The notes beneath the pieces are model-generated. The model had not been told where the DNA came from. It saw nothing but the letters and a program-made list of their open reading frames with translations, and did not search any database. DNA of 53,910 nt, counting the filler, from Sluysia triapertura (taxonomy: Eukaryota), in assembly GCA_046118255.1 (NCBI GenBank). It is 4 parts of 4 records of this genome, joined end to end, with 100 filler letters (N's around TTAATTAATTAA, not from the genome) between each part and the next. Parts side by side here need not be neighbours in the genome. Positions count along the whole stretch, not along the records: positions 1 to 11,112 come from JBJNIA010188709.1; positions 11,213 to 28,840 come from JBJNIA010186502.1; 2 more parts are not named here. One strand, 5' to 3'. Numbering within the stretch: position 1 is the stretch's first letter; every line of letters begins with the position of its first letter. Below, piece by piece: positions 1 through 14,080 of the stretch. The translations under genes and the position numbers were made by a program.

Positions 1-10
1 CATTAAGTTT

Positions 11-70
11 GTAAGTCCAATACGTTGGTGAACTCACCATTTATCTAGGTAGCTTTATTCTCGCATATAT
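11..70 (-). repeat. Dispersed repeat, copy A (core only, at the window edge)
   Basis: GTAAGTCCAATACGTTGGTGAACTCAC...TTTATTCT. Confidence 0.65.
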
Positions 71-1859
71 CTTTACGTTAAATTCTTGCAAAAAGAAATA
101 ATGTGTAAATACAATTATTAAAAATTTTGAATTTACTTTAAATTTTTTTATTATACAAGAAACATTAAAAAGAAAAATATTCCATTTTTATTGTACATTT
201 TTATAATAATTTTATGACTGTAATAAAATTCTATGATTTTATCGTCTAAATAATAAAAGTTTTATCGTATGAAAAGTAGAAAACTTTGTAATTTTATAAT
301 TTTACGACTGTACGGATTTATATAAATTAAAAAAACTTAAAACTCGCACACTCAAAAATATTTTAAAGTTGTATAGTCTTGGAATTTTTGGTTCTACGAA
401 AGCTAAATTAAATTTTGGAAATTCATTGAACGTATATTAGCAGAATTAGTGACAAATTTACAAATCGTGATTGCTAAATTTTGCACACAGTAGTTTCCAT
501 ATTCGATTCGATATTAACAGCTCTTTTTTGACAGATTCAAATCAAAATTTATGATCCATGCATTCGTACGGTTTTTTCAGATAAGATTTGTCCTAGAATT
601 TTTGCAGAATTAATATTTTACTAAAAATCAAAATCAACTGGCTCAATATTAAAATCTAAAATTAAAATATTGAAATTAAGTGCAAACTTGAATTTTTAAT
701 TTATCATTATGATTATTGAGTATTTTATTGTTTTATAATATACTTTTGGTATTGTTTAATTTTGTTTTTTGAATAATTCAAGGCTAAATCACAAGTAAAA
801 AAATTTTTAAAGTGTTTAAGTAAAAGATACATTTCTATTGGCATTTATCGGGTAAACATTTAAATAGAATTATAATATTTATAATGTAACATTCATTTAT
901 AATATTTAAGAGTAGATATTCAATTGAAACATTTAATTGTGACCCTCTATTGAATTGTTTGACATTTATAGTAACTTTCGAAGAGTAAGGTAATATCTTC
1001 TGTGGTATTATCAATTTTGAAGTAGTGTCTTGTTCGCATATAAATCACAAATAAAATATATTTGCTAGGATTTATTGTTAAAAATTGAATTTATTGTTGG
1101 TTACCAATTTATTGATTATTGAAAAAATGTTTTAGATAATGTGAAATATTAATTAACCATAGAATAACAAAAATTTTAAATTGTTGAGAGTAATTTATAC
1201 TAATCAATGATTAGTTCTAAATATTAACAGCTAAAGTAGGATAAACAATCGGAATTTAATTTTAGATTGATAAAAATGAACCTCTAGAAAATATTAAGTC
1301 ATTTTACTAAAGCATATTAAGTTGCATAAACAATAAGTACAAATTTGAAGTTCAGAAGTTAGTTAAATTTACATATTTGTAGTCATAGTTACAGACACAC
1401 CTACTGCACGTTTTAAATCGTGTACTGTAATAGAACACTATTTTATTTTTCTCAACATTAATTTAATAAATTATAAAATTAATAATAAAAGTTAAAATGA
1501 TATTTAATAATTGCATTAATCATAATAATGTAAATAATAATGATAATAATTGTAATTAAAATGATTAACCAATAATCGTTTAAGACTAGGACGATATTGT
1601 ACGATATTTTTAGATGAAAAGACTATGAAAACCTTAAAATTGATAAAATTACATTTGTTAATTAAATTAATTAAAATACGTTTTGTAAAATAAATTTGGA
1701 AAAGCTACAATAGTGAATAAAAGGTTACATCAATAATAAAACAATTGAGGCCTTGAGATTTAAATTAATGGAGATTAATTGATCATCCAGCAATTCACTA
1801 TAAACATCATCACTTAATTTAGAAATTGAAAGAATACAACTTGAAAAAATTTTAATTTC

Positions 1860-2520
1860 ATAAATTTATATTTTCCAAAAATAATAGCCCATGAAATAAT
1901 GTTTTTTGATATAGTTGCACCTGCATTACCCATTGAGCAAATATATAATTCGCCTTGAATTTTTAAGATATAGGTGGTCTATGTGTAAACATAATAACAT
2001 AATCAAAACCCAGAAGGCCAAAACATTCTACTCCTTGAGTTGGTTCGGCCACGTCATCTACATTACCAAAATTATTCCCTGAAATAACTCCAGTATTATG
2101 AGTTTCCAGGAAATGTTGAGCAACCAGACCAACATTAATATTATTTGAACCAATTATCATCGATGATAATACAACACGAGATATATTAGGTGGTTCGCCT
2201 GGCAAAACAAAAAAACATCACAACATAGAACCTTAATTATTTCTGGAATGCTTTCAACAACTACTTGATCAGGCATTTCTTTTAATTTTAATTTTTGTGC
2301 TACATGTTTACTAACACCACGCAGACCATCCCTTAAATAACTTTCACTCTTACAAACAATTAAAGACAATTTTCTTGATATATTTCAGCTTCAAATTTAG
2401 ATAATACAAATTTGTAGTGTGACGTTTCAAATTATAAGAAGTAATTCACTTTCATATAACATACATTGTACCTTTTGCTCATTTTTTTCAAAACCATATT
2501 GGGCATACCATATCACATCT
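1860..2520 (-). pseudogene. Frameshifted coding-like segment, product unknown
   Basis: The overlapping ORFs 2157-2369 and 1963-2205 join into protein-like text (...IKVLCCDVFLF/PGEPPNISRVV...) with one frameshift. Further broken coding-like text lies on both sides. Confidence 0.4.
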
Positions 2521-3940
2521 TCGTTGTTTCATTTCCAAAAAGTAAATTTAAAAAATTTTGAAATCATAAACTTTTTGTTTAATTTTTAAACAAGTATAAA
2601 AATATAACAAGTATAAAAACAAATATAAAAGTATTATATAACTTATAAAAATCATTAACAAATTGTAGTTTCGATTGTTTGTCATAAAATTCGCTCATCT
2701 AAATTGTTACAAATTATTAATAAATATATATTCATAATCATTAATCACAAAAAACATATTTGGTAAGCAAACAAAATAATTTGCAATCTTTTAAATTTAA
2801 AGATATATTATAATAAATATTAGTTTATTAGAACGGTCCTTAATTTTGAAATATAGTTTTATTTTAATGGATAGTACAATTCTAAAGATTAGACTATTCT
2901 AAACTATCGCATTGTATTCATTGTAAATGAAGATATTGATTATTAGGACAAATTATTGGACATTTCTGTTAGACAGTTATTGCATCTTGTTTATTGGCAA
3001 ATGAATAATATTCGTTTTGATGTAACTTTGGGAGTTCTGATATGTGTGACTTAATAAAATTAAAAGTGACATCTTTACATAGTAACAATGAGCATAAATG
3101 TTTTTAAAGTGTGCTTCAAAAAGTTCTTCATGTTTCTGAATTGAAAATATTAATTAAAGAAAATCAGATCTAGTTCGAATTTTAAATTTAAAAAGAGTGT
3201 TAAAAAAATAAAATAACCTTTCAGCTTGTCATCGGACCAATAGTGTCGATAGTGATAACGATATTAATAATGACAATCATGAGTTATAATGTTTTATTGA
3301 AGTTAAAGTTTATTATTGCTATTAGATGAAAAACATAGTTTAAAATTAGTTAAAAATTTTATAAATTTACTATTTTAAAAAGTAATGTTTGCTAATAAAG
3401 ATATGGGAATCTAAGTAATGTCTATTTTGAAGTATATTTTGATTAGTGTTAAAGATGAGGTTTTGTATATATATGTGGCATTGATGATGTAATATAATCG
3501 TAGATAAAGGGATGAACCATAATATCTTCTTGGTTTGAAGAAACACTGAGATTGTGCAAGTGAAGAACTACAATTGTATAACTTTTAATTGATTGAATCG
3601 ATAGTTTAGTGAGTGTGTAAATTCTAAAATCATAATAATAGATTTGCATGGATAAAATATCGTTAATAATTTAAAGGTGTTTGAAAATAAGACAAAGATT
3701 TACATAAGTATATCTTCAGATAAATAGAAGTTGTACAACGCATTACGTCTTTTTTCTTTTTGATTGCATATCGGAATTTTGCAAGGTTCTTAAATGTTTT
3801 ATTACCGTCATATTTGTTTCATTTTTATGAATGACCTTCTGTAATTTATAGCTTTGTTGTTTTGTTAAAGGTTTGTTTTTTGCTTTTATAATCTTCATTA
3901 TCATACATCTACGACACAATCCGATGACATTAATTAAAAG

Positions 3941-4089
3941 TGTTGGGATACTAAATTGCCATGTATTATAATTGACTATAGAAATATAAAATTGTTAGAC
4001 AGGGCTGATAGTTCAGTGGTGTAGCATCGAACTGCGCAGCGAGAGATCCCGGGTTCGATTCCCAGTCAGCCCATTTTATAAAGTCAACA
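3941..4089 (+). mobile_element. Solo LTR of the tRNA-bearing TRIM family
   Basis: TGTTGGGATA...AAGTCAACA, homologous to the TRIM LTRs. AAAG duplicated at 3937-3940 and 4090-4093. Confidence 0.9.
4002..4073 (+). tRNA. tRNA-like pseudo module inside the solo LTR
   Basis: GGGCTGA/TCAGCCC acceptor stem, B box GGTTCGATTCC, TTTT downstream. D and anticodon arms are degenerate. Confidence 0.7.
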
Positions 4090-7000
4090 AAAGTATTAAT
4101 GAATCAAATCTTTAAAGTTAAATAATAATGGTCAAGCTCATTATCTATTCATTCATTAATTATAATATTAATTATAACTCAGAAAAGCGATAATCGTTAA
4201 GAATAATTCTTCATTCATAAAGATCTCATATCGTTAAGAATCACACTAAAATTAAAGTTAATGTTTTCGAAACATAACTGCTTACATATTAATAATAACG
4301 TAAGTGATAAATCAAATAATATTTCAAAAAATTACTATCAACAATCGGAACATTTCAAATCAATGGAAGATCATAAAATACTGGAAAATAATTCGAAAAT
4401 ATTTTATTTTATTTAAAAATTAATATTTAAAAATTTTTATTTGTTTCGTATTACTTTTCTAAAACGAAATTGCAATGTATTCATATTTAAAAGTATCCAA
4501 ATATCAATTAATAAATACTTGTCTAATTTTGGAAATATAATTTTGTTCAGTTCACGTACATGTACATTATAATTATTATTACTATTACTATTACATTATT
4601 ATTACTATTATTATTATAATTATTATTACTTTATTATTATAATTATTACCATTATATTATTATTACTTTTATTATTATAATGGGATATATTACTATTTTA
4701 TCATTATATCTAGGTTAATAATGCCACTTAAAATTCTAAATTTAGATATTTCTGAAAGAATGAACGAATGTATTGTAGAAATTAATTAGACTTGATAGAT
4801 ATCAGAGAAATTTTTATTTTATTTTAAAAATAAATCAACTGTAAGCGCAATATATTATTTTGTATGTGTATTGCAGAAAAAGTCAAATGTTTCATAATAT
4901 ATTAATTATACAAACTGATTACTATAATTTATATATTTTTTGTTTTTAGCACATTACGTGCCTTGTCATTCATATATGTATGACGGTTAACTTTTATGTT
5001 TAATTGTTGTTATTCATATAAAAATATATAAGAAAAATTAATTAAATCATTTATTCAACAAGAAATATTCTGCAAATAAACATATAACTACGGGGCAATT
5101 TTGTCATGTCACCGAACAGTGCTTGACACGTAATATTTTAGTATACATTAGGTTCCCAGTTGGGTTTTCACAAACCGAACATTAAAAAATAATAAGTGAT
5201 AATAAATTACTGTTGTTTTAAATAAATAATCGAAATGAAATTTATAACGCATTTGCCTAAAGGTGACATCTTATGACTTTACCGGTAGATTTAAACTTAA
5301 ATTTGACCATGAAATTTTACTATTTAATTTATCTTATGCAAATACAAAGTTCTCATGTCTACAAAAAAAATAATCGAAAGACTAACTTTTACTGATTAAT
5401 AAGAATCAAAATAAAACAAAACAAACACGAAATTAAATTTAAATACTAAGTTTGAACTTAAAATTAATTTGCTAAAGATTATCATGAATAGATATTGATT
5501 TTAAGTGGAGTTTAGGTAAGCAAACTGTGAAATTAAAATCCTATTTTTTATTGAATGAGTGATCTTCTAATCCCTCCTGTGAAACAAAAATCATTTTCCA
5601 ACTTCCAATGACAATGACAGTGTATAAAATTTAAATGTATTTTGTGATTCTTTTTAAAATTTGCGTATGCTTGAATGTTTTTTATAGATTAGTAACTTCT
5701 ACTAATAATCTAAATTTCTTTATAAATTCTTATTGTTAATAATATTCTAAACTTGTCTATTAATATTCTCACTTTGTATTAAGTTTAATTGGAGGTACAA
5801 TCTTTTGTCCATATAAATCCGTTCTATTGTCTTATTCTACAAATATTATTTGTACTTTATATTATATTCACCTTACTTAGAAGTGTGAATTCCAATACTC
5901 GTTTCGATGTTCTGAAATGGAAGTGCTTAGATGTTTCAGTTCCTTGTTTAATTAAATCTTTATCTAAACCTAGATGAAATTTTTATTTATTCAAATTTTA
6001 ATTTAATTTCTTGTTTTTACTTAATGTACTTTACTCAGAATTAAGAATGAATGTTTGAGTTCACTAACGTATCTAGACTTACTAGTTAGGACTAGCCGAT
6101 GGATTTTAAAAGTTAGTAGGAGGTCAAATCGTAACCCTAATGTTTCATTTTAAATATATAATTAAATTACTTTAATATATTTCTGTCAGTTAAAAATTTT
6201 ACGAAAAATTCTTTTTTGAAATGAGTTTGAGATTGCGAACAATGTATAAATTTCAAAAAATTAAGGATGAATAATGACTTACAAAATATTATTAATTGTA
6301 GTTTACGCAAAATCCGTTTAAAAGAATTGATTTAATTTCACACTTCCGATAAATTTCGGAGAAATTAAATATAACGATCAATTTTAATACTTGAAAGCTA
6401 TTTAAGTTGCGATAAAGATTCTTCAAAACTGAATGAACGATCAATTCAATATTAATATGATACTAATACGGCAATAATATTTTATAATACAATCAATAAT
6501 GAATTTACCATATTAATTAAAGTGTTAATAATATTTATAAACGTGCTTTTAAATTATATTCTACGTAGGAACTTTGAAAATTGTTCCGAAATATGTAATG
6601 GTAATTTTACGCGTATTTTATGTAATACCTAAATGTATAAAAACCTTGCTAAAATTGAACTAACGATTCTTTTTTAGTAATCAGAGAAAAACTAATCTTG
6701 ATAATAATTTGAAAAGATGGTTTTCGCCTAACTTAGATGCAAATGTAACTTGGAGAGAGTTCGCCTAACAGATTTTTTATAATAACAAATTTTTTAATTT
6801 AAGTCTTTTAAATTCTGATTTAATTTTATAATACATATTTTAATAACTAATTTATTTACAATAAATGTTTTAATAAATAATAAATAAATAAAATATAACA
6901 ATAAAGTAATTATTAAAATAGTTTACATTAATCACACTTTAATAACATTTAAAGTTTCTCATTCTATTCTTCACAAATTTATAATAATTCATATGTTAAT

Positions 7001-7649
7001 TGATTAACTTTGGTAGACATTTATATTAAATTTATCACCAATCTTGACTTACTTTAGTTAATTTAAGTGATTTTAAAAAATAAAAAATATTTTTAAAGAA
7101 TTACTTAAAATTTAATTTTTAAAAAATATTTTAACAATTAAAATATTTAAAATAAATCACTTACATTAAAAATTAAGTACTACAATATATAGTTACATAT
7201 AACTAGTCATAAATAATTATCACAAAATAAATCAATAAATCAATTATAATACAATATATATAAAATTAAATATTAAAAATTTATTCAATAAAATTCTAAA
7301 TTAAAACAAACTACACAATTGCTAAATTAGGAAAATGGTCCACAATATAAACCAAGTATATGTAATTATTATTAAAAATAATTATTAGAAATGTAATAAT
7401 TATTATTGTAATAATTATTAGAAATAGACATTGTCTAACACTATAAGTATGAATTTAAAAAATCAAAATTATTTCTAACGAAATTAGAGATTGAATTTTA
7501 ATATTTTAAGTGTTTAAATCATATCTTATGAAAACAAGATGAAATTTTATACAAATCAACTTACAAAATTTTCTGCTTTAATCAAAATTGAGTCAGTATT
7601 CCACGATTAAGGCGCTCAAAATTGTTTACAGAAAAAATATCACGAATCG

Positions 7650-7800
7650 AATCACTAATTAAATTACCAATGTGTCTCGAACAATGTAACAATGTATCTC
7701 GAATTAAATCACTAAATTACCAATGTATCTCGAAAATAATCAAATTACCACAGTATCTCGAACAATGTATTTTCGAATTAAATTAACCAATTACCAACAA
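7650..7800. repeat. Short degenerate tandem repeat
   Basis: About five copies of (ATTAC)CAATGTATCTCGAA. Confidence 0.7.
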
Positions 7801-8194
7801 TTGGAATTATCCGTAAAGACGCAAAATAAAGTTGATTACAACATTGTGCGAGTGCTGTATTTTGAACTCGCTTTACCGACTCAATTGTACTAGGTAAGTA
7901 ATTTTTAATTTATTTTTATTTTTTACTGCAAATAATTTTATTCATTTTTAAATTTAGGTACCATTAAAAATAAGTGATAAGTACATTTGAAGGATCGTTA
8001 TTTATTCATTTAATTTAGTTAAATAGTTCTCAGGTAATTTGTGTACTTTTTATTTATNNNNNNNNNNNNNNNNNNNNNNNNNNNNNNNNNNNNNNNNNNN
8101 NNNNNNNNNNNNNNNNNNNNNNNNNNNNNNNNNNNNNNNNNNNNNNNNNNNNNNNNNNNNNNNNNNNNNNNNNNNNNNNNNNNNNNNNNNNNNN

Positions 8195-8688
8195 GCAAAC
8201 GACTTGATGCTTTACAATATTTTAAATGGTCAATTAAACCATTGAATAAAACGCACAAGTAGAACAAAAAATCAATTAAAAAAGTAAAAGTACGAATTTA
8301 ACGAGTTCTGCAAAAATAAATAGTGAATACTTAACAGTTTCTTTTCAAGAGAAACATTAGTTGTCGAATAACATTGGTAATATCAGAAAGTTGATGACAG
8401 TACGTTGGAGTCTTACAAATCAAATTTTACTCTCGAACAAAATTCAAAGTGATTTAATTTTAACTTTTCCAGATCAATATACAATTGATTTCTTTTTACA
8501 AATGTTGATTAATATTACAATAAAATTAGCGAGAATATTAAAGTTCAAAAACATTCTAGGATCTTCTGTCTTTAGTAATGAATTTTCTTTTTTAGAAAAT
8601 AAGTTTTCCTTTTAAGAATTTAATGGTTTCACTTGTTCTTTTATAGTTTATTTAGTGATATTAAAAGGTATTAAATGACAACCTAACA
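8195..8688 (-). mobile_element. Second, diverged copy of the same LTR, cut by an assembly gap
   Basis: Shares the AATGACAACCTAACA terminus and colinear blocks (CTTTACAA..GTCAAT, ATACAA..CAAATG, AACATTCTAG..CTTCT) with 39670-40287. Confidence 0.6.
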
Positions 8689-9308
8689 TTATTATTACTA
8701 TTATTATTATGCATTATGAGATGGAAGTGTGTTCCGATACAATAATTAATAATAATGTATTAAAATTATTATATTAATAACTGAAACTATAATAGTACAA
8801 TAACAATAATAATAATTCATAATAATAGTAAACAGAGACTATAACTGTCTACATAAAAGTAAAAATTTTATTATCATTATTAAATTATATCATTAACAAT
8901 ATAAAATCTGACTTAACGTCAGTCAAATAAATTATAAAGTCTAATTAGTTTATTGTAAGAAAAATTGTCAGAAGTAAACAAGTATGAAGAGTGTAAAAAC
9001 AATAAGATTTCAAATCCAACAAAAGAATTTCTATAACTTTGATCATCCAAAGCCGAAACGAAACTAGAGATTATCATGGTTAATTTCCATGCATTTTGTG
9101 ATACAATTAATCAATTGTATAGTAAATATTTGTCTGTAATATCACGAATAAACTGAATTAATTGTTGAAATAACTCAATTTTAGAATCGCACGCAAGTCA
9201 CAAAGTTTCTTTTGAGTTTTAAGATAAGTTTCAGTTAAAATAAATAAAACCCCAGAATGTAATTTGATTTATGTATTTCAGATTATAAAATATTTACATT
9301 TATCTAAC

Positions 9309-9584
9309 CCTATGACGAGGTACAGCTTTGTTTGGACTAATGATATGCTGCCTTAAACATTTTCTTACAATATTCTTGAAATAAATCACTTGATCTTGAT
9401 CTGCACATGGATGGAAGACAGCTACGACTGCACCATGTTCCATGGAATGCAAAAAACGTGCTGGTGGAATGAACTTATATGTTCCAAAGTGTGGCCATAC
9501 TGGTCGATGCATTCCAGTGGTTGGTAATGGTTCTCCATAACTTTTAATGAAGTTTATTGGATCATTAATACAGAGATGCCATGG
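9309..9584 (-). CDS. Internal exon of a DUF3105-domain (TP53I13-like) protein
   Basis: PWHLCINDPI...YGEPLPTTGMHRPVWPHFGTYKFIPPARFLHSMEHGAVVAVFHPCAD...IVRKCLRQHIISP matches the DUF3105 pattern (G-H-R-P-x-W; H-x-(L/M)-E-H-G; Y/F-H-P-C). Flanked by a ttcag acceptor and a gt donor. Other exons not resolved. Confidence 0.8.
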
Positions 9585-11112
9585 CTGAATAGAAAGTCTT
9601 ATAATAATGTAATTGATTCAATGTAATATATAAATGTAAAATTGACTGAATGTGTCACATAAATAAGTATTAATTTGCAAAGTACTTCTATCACTTAATT
9701 AATATTTAAAATTTATTAAAATTATTTAGAATTATATAAATTTTATTAAAAATAATTTTGCTCTTACTGTAAAAATTTGTACTTTCTTTATTTTATAATA
9801 ATTTTTAAATCGATTTAATTTTTTGAATTATTAAATCATTAATAATATTTATTTAAATAATTGCAATATACTGTACCGTTTAAACACGTTAAGTGTATGA
9901 TTAATTAACTATTACACACGTATTAGTTGGAACACCAAGATTATTATGAGTCACATTTTATCCCACATTTCAAAAAATCGTTTTTTAATAAGGATATTTT
10001 GATAAATTATTAATTTCTTTTTGAAATTAAATTGTATCAATTATTTTAATCATTAAATGTACTTGCCATCAAAATAAAGACCGCTAGGTGTTAAATTAGT
10101 GGCGTAATATATGCACTTCAATAATGTGTCATAAATAAATAAATATATATATATATATTACTTTATTATTGAAAAAATAATTATAATTCTAGTTCAGGAG
10201 TAAATTTAAATTAATGGTTCGATGTTAAATTTAAAGAAATGATAAAAATACAATATTTATTCACCTTCCTGTTAATTTTGAGAGATACAATTGTCTAATT
10301 TAGAGAAAATAAATTGTTAAACTGAAATGCGAGAAAAACCTGGGCTGGAGTCACGGACATTTCATTTTCTTAGATCTAACAACAATGTATTATAAACAAA
10401 AGAATAAAAACATTGCATTTATTGAATCTTTTGACAGACAAAACAGTTTAATCATCATTATTACAATCAACTAGACGACATTGTGACTGAAGACGTCGTA
10501 AGTTTCACATCGATTTTTGGTATTTTTACATAAACTAGGTATGTTTCAATATATCTATATTAAATCCATTAATTTTCGAAAGTTTCTATCAAATTAAACC
10601 ACAAATTTCATTCAAAATTATTTAAATTTTGTTTTGTTAAACATACGAATCAAAATTATGTAATACATATCAGTAATAAAATATAGTCTTACTTTATAAT
10701 GTATTTTGGATTTTATATATCGACATGCGACCTAGAAGAAAGACACAAATTTGTATCAACAAAACATTAATTTACCGTTAGATTTGGTTTGAAAAACGAT
10801 TCATAACAAGTGTAAGGACGCTCATCAAGAGGATCCCAATCAATTGATATACCGGTCTAAAAATATCAAATAAATTTATATTAACAAAATATATGCTAAA
10901 ATAAGAAAAGATGATCATGGTAAATATTTATAGCTCTATAATTGAAAATAATTGCTATATTATTGTGTAAGAGTGTACATAAATTTTATACTTTTTAAAA
11001 AATAATTTAAATTATAAAAATTTATAAAATTTAGCTAAATGTAAAAAATTAGTTAATTAATTAATTTAAATAAATTTTATTATTATTATATTTAAAAAAT
11101 TATTAAAAGAGA

Positions 11113-11212
11113 NNNNNNNNNNNNNNNNNNNNNNNNNNNNNNNNNNNNNNNNNNNNTTAATTAATTAANNNNNNNNNNNNNNNNNNNNNNNNNNNNNNNN
11201 NNNNNNNNNNNN
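11113..11212. other. Artificial gap linker 44N-TTAATTAATTAA-44N (also at 28841-28940 and 41581-41680)
   Basis: An identical 100-bp construct occurs three times; the 12-mer gives stop codons in all six frames. Confidence 0.95.
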
Positions 11213-11340
11213 CATTGATTTTCAAGTATTTATTTCCAAACCATTTTATCAATTCAGATACTAGTTCTTCTGTTCTTTGAATAGTATCTGAGCTCTTTGA
11301 AAAATCGAGCTCTATATAAATAGAGTACAGCTGTGATGTT
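11213..11340 (-). mobile_element. Non-LTR (LINE) reverse transcriptase fragment with an internal deletion
   Basis: IELDFSKSSDTI resembles LDFSKAFDTI, joined to LIKWFGNKYLKIN, which resembles W..N.LKIN. Confidence 0.5.
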
Positions 11341-12576
11341 CCAAAAGTGGTCATCGAGGTAGTTTTTTTAACGCTTTGCATGAATATGACTAAATTAATG
11401 ATTTAATTTAATTGTAAAATATTACATAATGATTTCCAGTTTCAATAATCCAGTTTCTAGTAATAATTATTATATAGAAAAATCATAATTTAATTTAATT
11501 TAGGGCAATTGTTTTTTCACAAGTGCATCGTTACTGATATTAATTCTTGGTATGAATTCAAAGAAAAAATTATGAATCATTATCAAATCGATTATTTTGA
11601 TTGTTTAGTGAGTTTATTATTTATTTATGTACGAGGTGCAGATAAAATAAGTACTTTTGATTTAAAGAATGAAAATTTTGAATTTGAATTTTTTAAGTTT
11701 GCAATTTTGAATTGTAAAACACTTAAAAGGAACATAAGTTTATAGAATAATAATGATCAATTGATTCTTAGAAAATTCCTTAGTCTTATAATTTAACGAA
11801 ATTAATGATCACATTTGATTGTTACGATATTATTTAGAAATTCCTTCTGTCCTATTTGTTAAACCAACCAAACATTTTGTCTTGGAAGTACAGATCAAAC
11901 ATAAAGCATTTAATTTATGGTATTTTCGATGATTATTTTTCTCTGTGGAATTGCCTTGTTCCTCAATTAATAGTTAATTCAAATAAATTGTGCTTGGAAT
12001 TGATTGAAAAGTCTACCAACTTATTGACCGGTTTAGTAATTAGTATGATTATCCGTGTTCGAGTACATGATCAGTGGACTCGATTCAGTCAAGAACTTGG
12101 CGATAAAGATTGGACAGAAAACGAACTTGAAGTTAGTTTTGTGCAATTCAGTTTCGAAAAGTTTTCTATTCATTCTATTTCAAATAAAAAATAATTGGGA
12201 AATTTTAACCCGGGTCAATAAGACCATTTGAATAAATGGAAAAGAAACACGAATAGTACTGACTGTATTCAATGAAATAGATCAAGTAGTACTGACAGTG
12301 GATCGCAAAGGGTTAAAAAAGAAATTAATTGAAAAATAAAATGCTATAAATATTATAATTAATTATCATTATTTATATTTTAATGAAAATTGCTTACACA
12401 AAATATTAGGAAAAAAATATTGATTTTTACATTGAAAAAGACTATTAAATGAAAATATTAAATTACAAATAATCACTTTTTGAATTTGGCTCCAATTCAA
12501 TTTATATAAGTTATATTAACGATAAATTTATACTATATTTCGCAAATAAATGATTAATCTAAATTTATAATTATTA

Positions 12577-12625
<49 letters not shown>
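12577..12625. repeat. (AAT)n microsatellite
   Basis: Read directly. Confidence 0.95.
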
Positions 12626-12629
<4 letters not shown>

Positions 12630-12703
12630 TAATCAATAATAGTAGTATCACTTATTCGTTTTTCATAATCATAATTAACATTATTTTCTTCATATAAGTC
12701 GTC

Positions 12704-12757
12704 ATCATCATCTAGATAGCATCATCATCTAGATAGCATCATCATCTAGATAGCATC
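12704..12757. repeat. 17-bp tandem repeat, three copies
   Basis: (CATCATCTAGATAGCAT)3. Confidence 0.85.
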
Positions 12758-13189
12758 ACCATCGTCTTCATCATTATCGTCAATATTATACATTATCACA
12801 ATAATTCTTGCTCATCATCATACAATCATCCTAGTCATCACCATCATGATTATTGTTCTTTATTTCATCATCTTCATTATCACCGAATATCATCATTTAT
12901 TTACCCATTGTATACATCTAAGCCAATGAATTTTGAATAACTTTCTTGTGATGCTAATTTAAAGTTTATTGGTGGTATGTTATTTTTATAACAAATCATT
13001 ATAAAACATTATTAATGATATTTCTTTATTACACATTTTTATCTACGATTATGTGACTTATGATTTTATGATAATGATTTTTGTTATTTTGAAATTTATT
13101 TATTTCTCAAGCACTGCACGGTTGCAAATATAATAAGGCTTTGGCATTCGTGGCCGTTTTAAGTACCAGTCTTAGAATTTAAAGAAGAA

Positions 13190-14080
13190 AACCAAGAATG
13201 AATTATTAAAACAGTTGGCTGCGTTTGATAACCAATTAATATTTAATATTGATTTGATTAAGACAAGTGGTAAATAATGGAACCTCAGAAATAAGTTACG
13301 ATGAATTAACGGATGATGTTAAAAGATTATTTCGGCTAATGATGGAGAATGTCGGCACGGATAATCGAAAAACGCGGATAGTCCGCAAAATAATAATAAA
13401 AACTACTAGTCCGATACACAAACAATGAAAATACATTCAATGCTTTATTAAAAAATTGGTAATTTTGGTACTTTTTAATATCATCTGGAATCGTTATAGT
13501 AGAAGCTCCATTGATCGACGTATTCTGGTAAAGTATCGACATAAACTAAATACCAAATAAAGTGATTACGCAATTCACTTGGACAAATATTTGTGTAACC
13601 ATGCTAAAACTTGTGTTCAGACGTGCGTGGACGAGACTAAAAATAAAAGTGCATTTTACGGCCAATAAAACAAATCTAATGAAATTGTAAAAGAAAAACA
13701 CAGGCCAAAAGAAAACAATTTATCACAGTCAACAACAATACCCAACAAAACAAATTCATTGAACAAAGTCAAATCAAACACAGTCAAAATAAACGAAAAA
13801 TGCATTAACAAACAATCCTACAAACAAGAAAGAGCAGAACGAAGGAAACATATAAAAATACTAAATGTGACACTGCATGTGCCATTTGTCAAAGAACAAA
13901 AATAGGAATATTGAACAGTTTGACAAACTACAAAGATGTTTGGTTTACACAACCGCTATCATTGTTCAGATGATGACTCCGAGATGCCAACCACACAAAC
14001 AGAGTCTAAAAAGATGGCGGTTTTTTTACATGTGACATTGGTTCCTGAAGCACGTGGTTTACGATTATCGAGTCCAATTT
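13190..14080 (+). mobile_element. Possible heavily decayed gag/protease region
   Basis: A-rich coding-like stretch with many stops; knuckle-like RC-GLHNRYHC followed by CDIGS (similar to DTGS). Confidence 0.25.

Noticed and set aside
4002-4073. Functional tRNA gene or tRNA-derived SINE (also the other three tRNA-like copies)
   Set aside because: The anticodon arm is non-canonical. All copies share about 50-70 bp upstream of the tRNA, fixed TG...CA ends and 4-bp TSDs, which fits LTRs rather than tRNA genes or SINEs.
7650-7800. CRISPR-like repeat-spacer pattern
   Set aside because: Units are degenerate with short related spacers, the context is eukaryotic and there are no cas genes.
8019-8267. 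ORFs spanning the N run
   Set aside because: Artefacts of translating a gap.
11157-11168. TTAATTAATTAA palindrome repeated three times in the window
   Set aside because: Always centred in a 100-bp N block; it is an assembly linker.
12209-12312. piggyBac MITE (TTAACCC...GGGTTAA)
   Set aside because: Only 3 bp of inverted match; at most an orphan right end.
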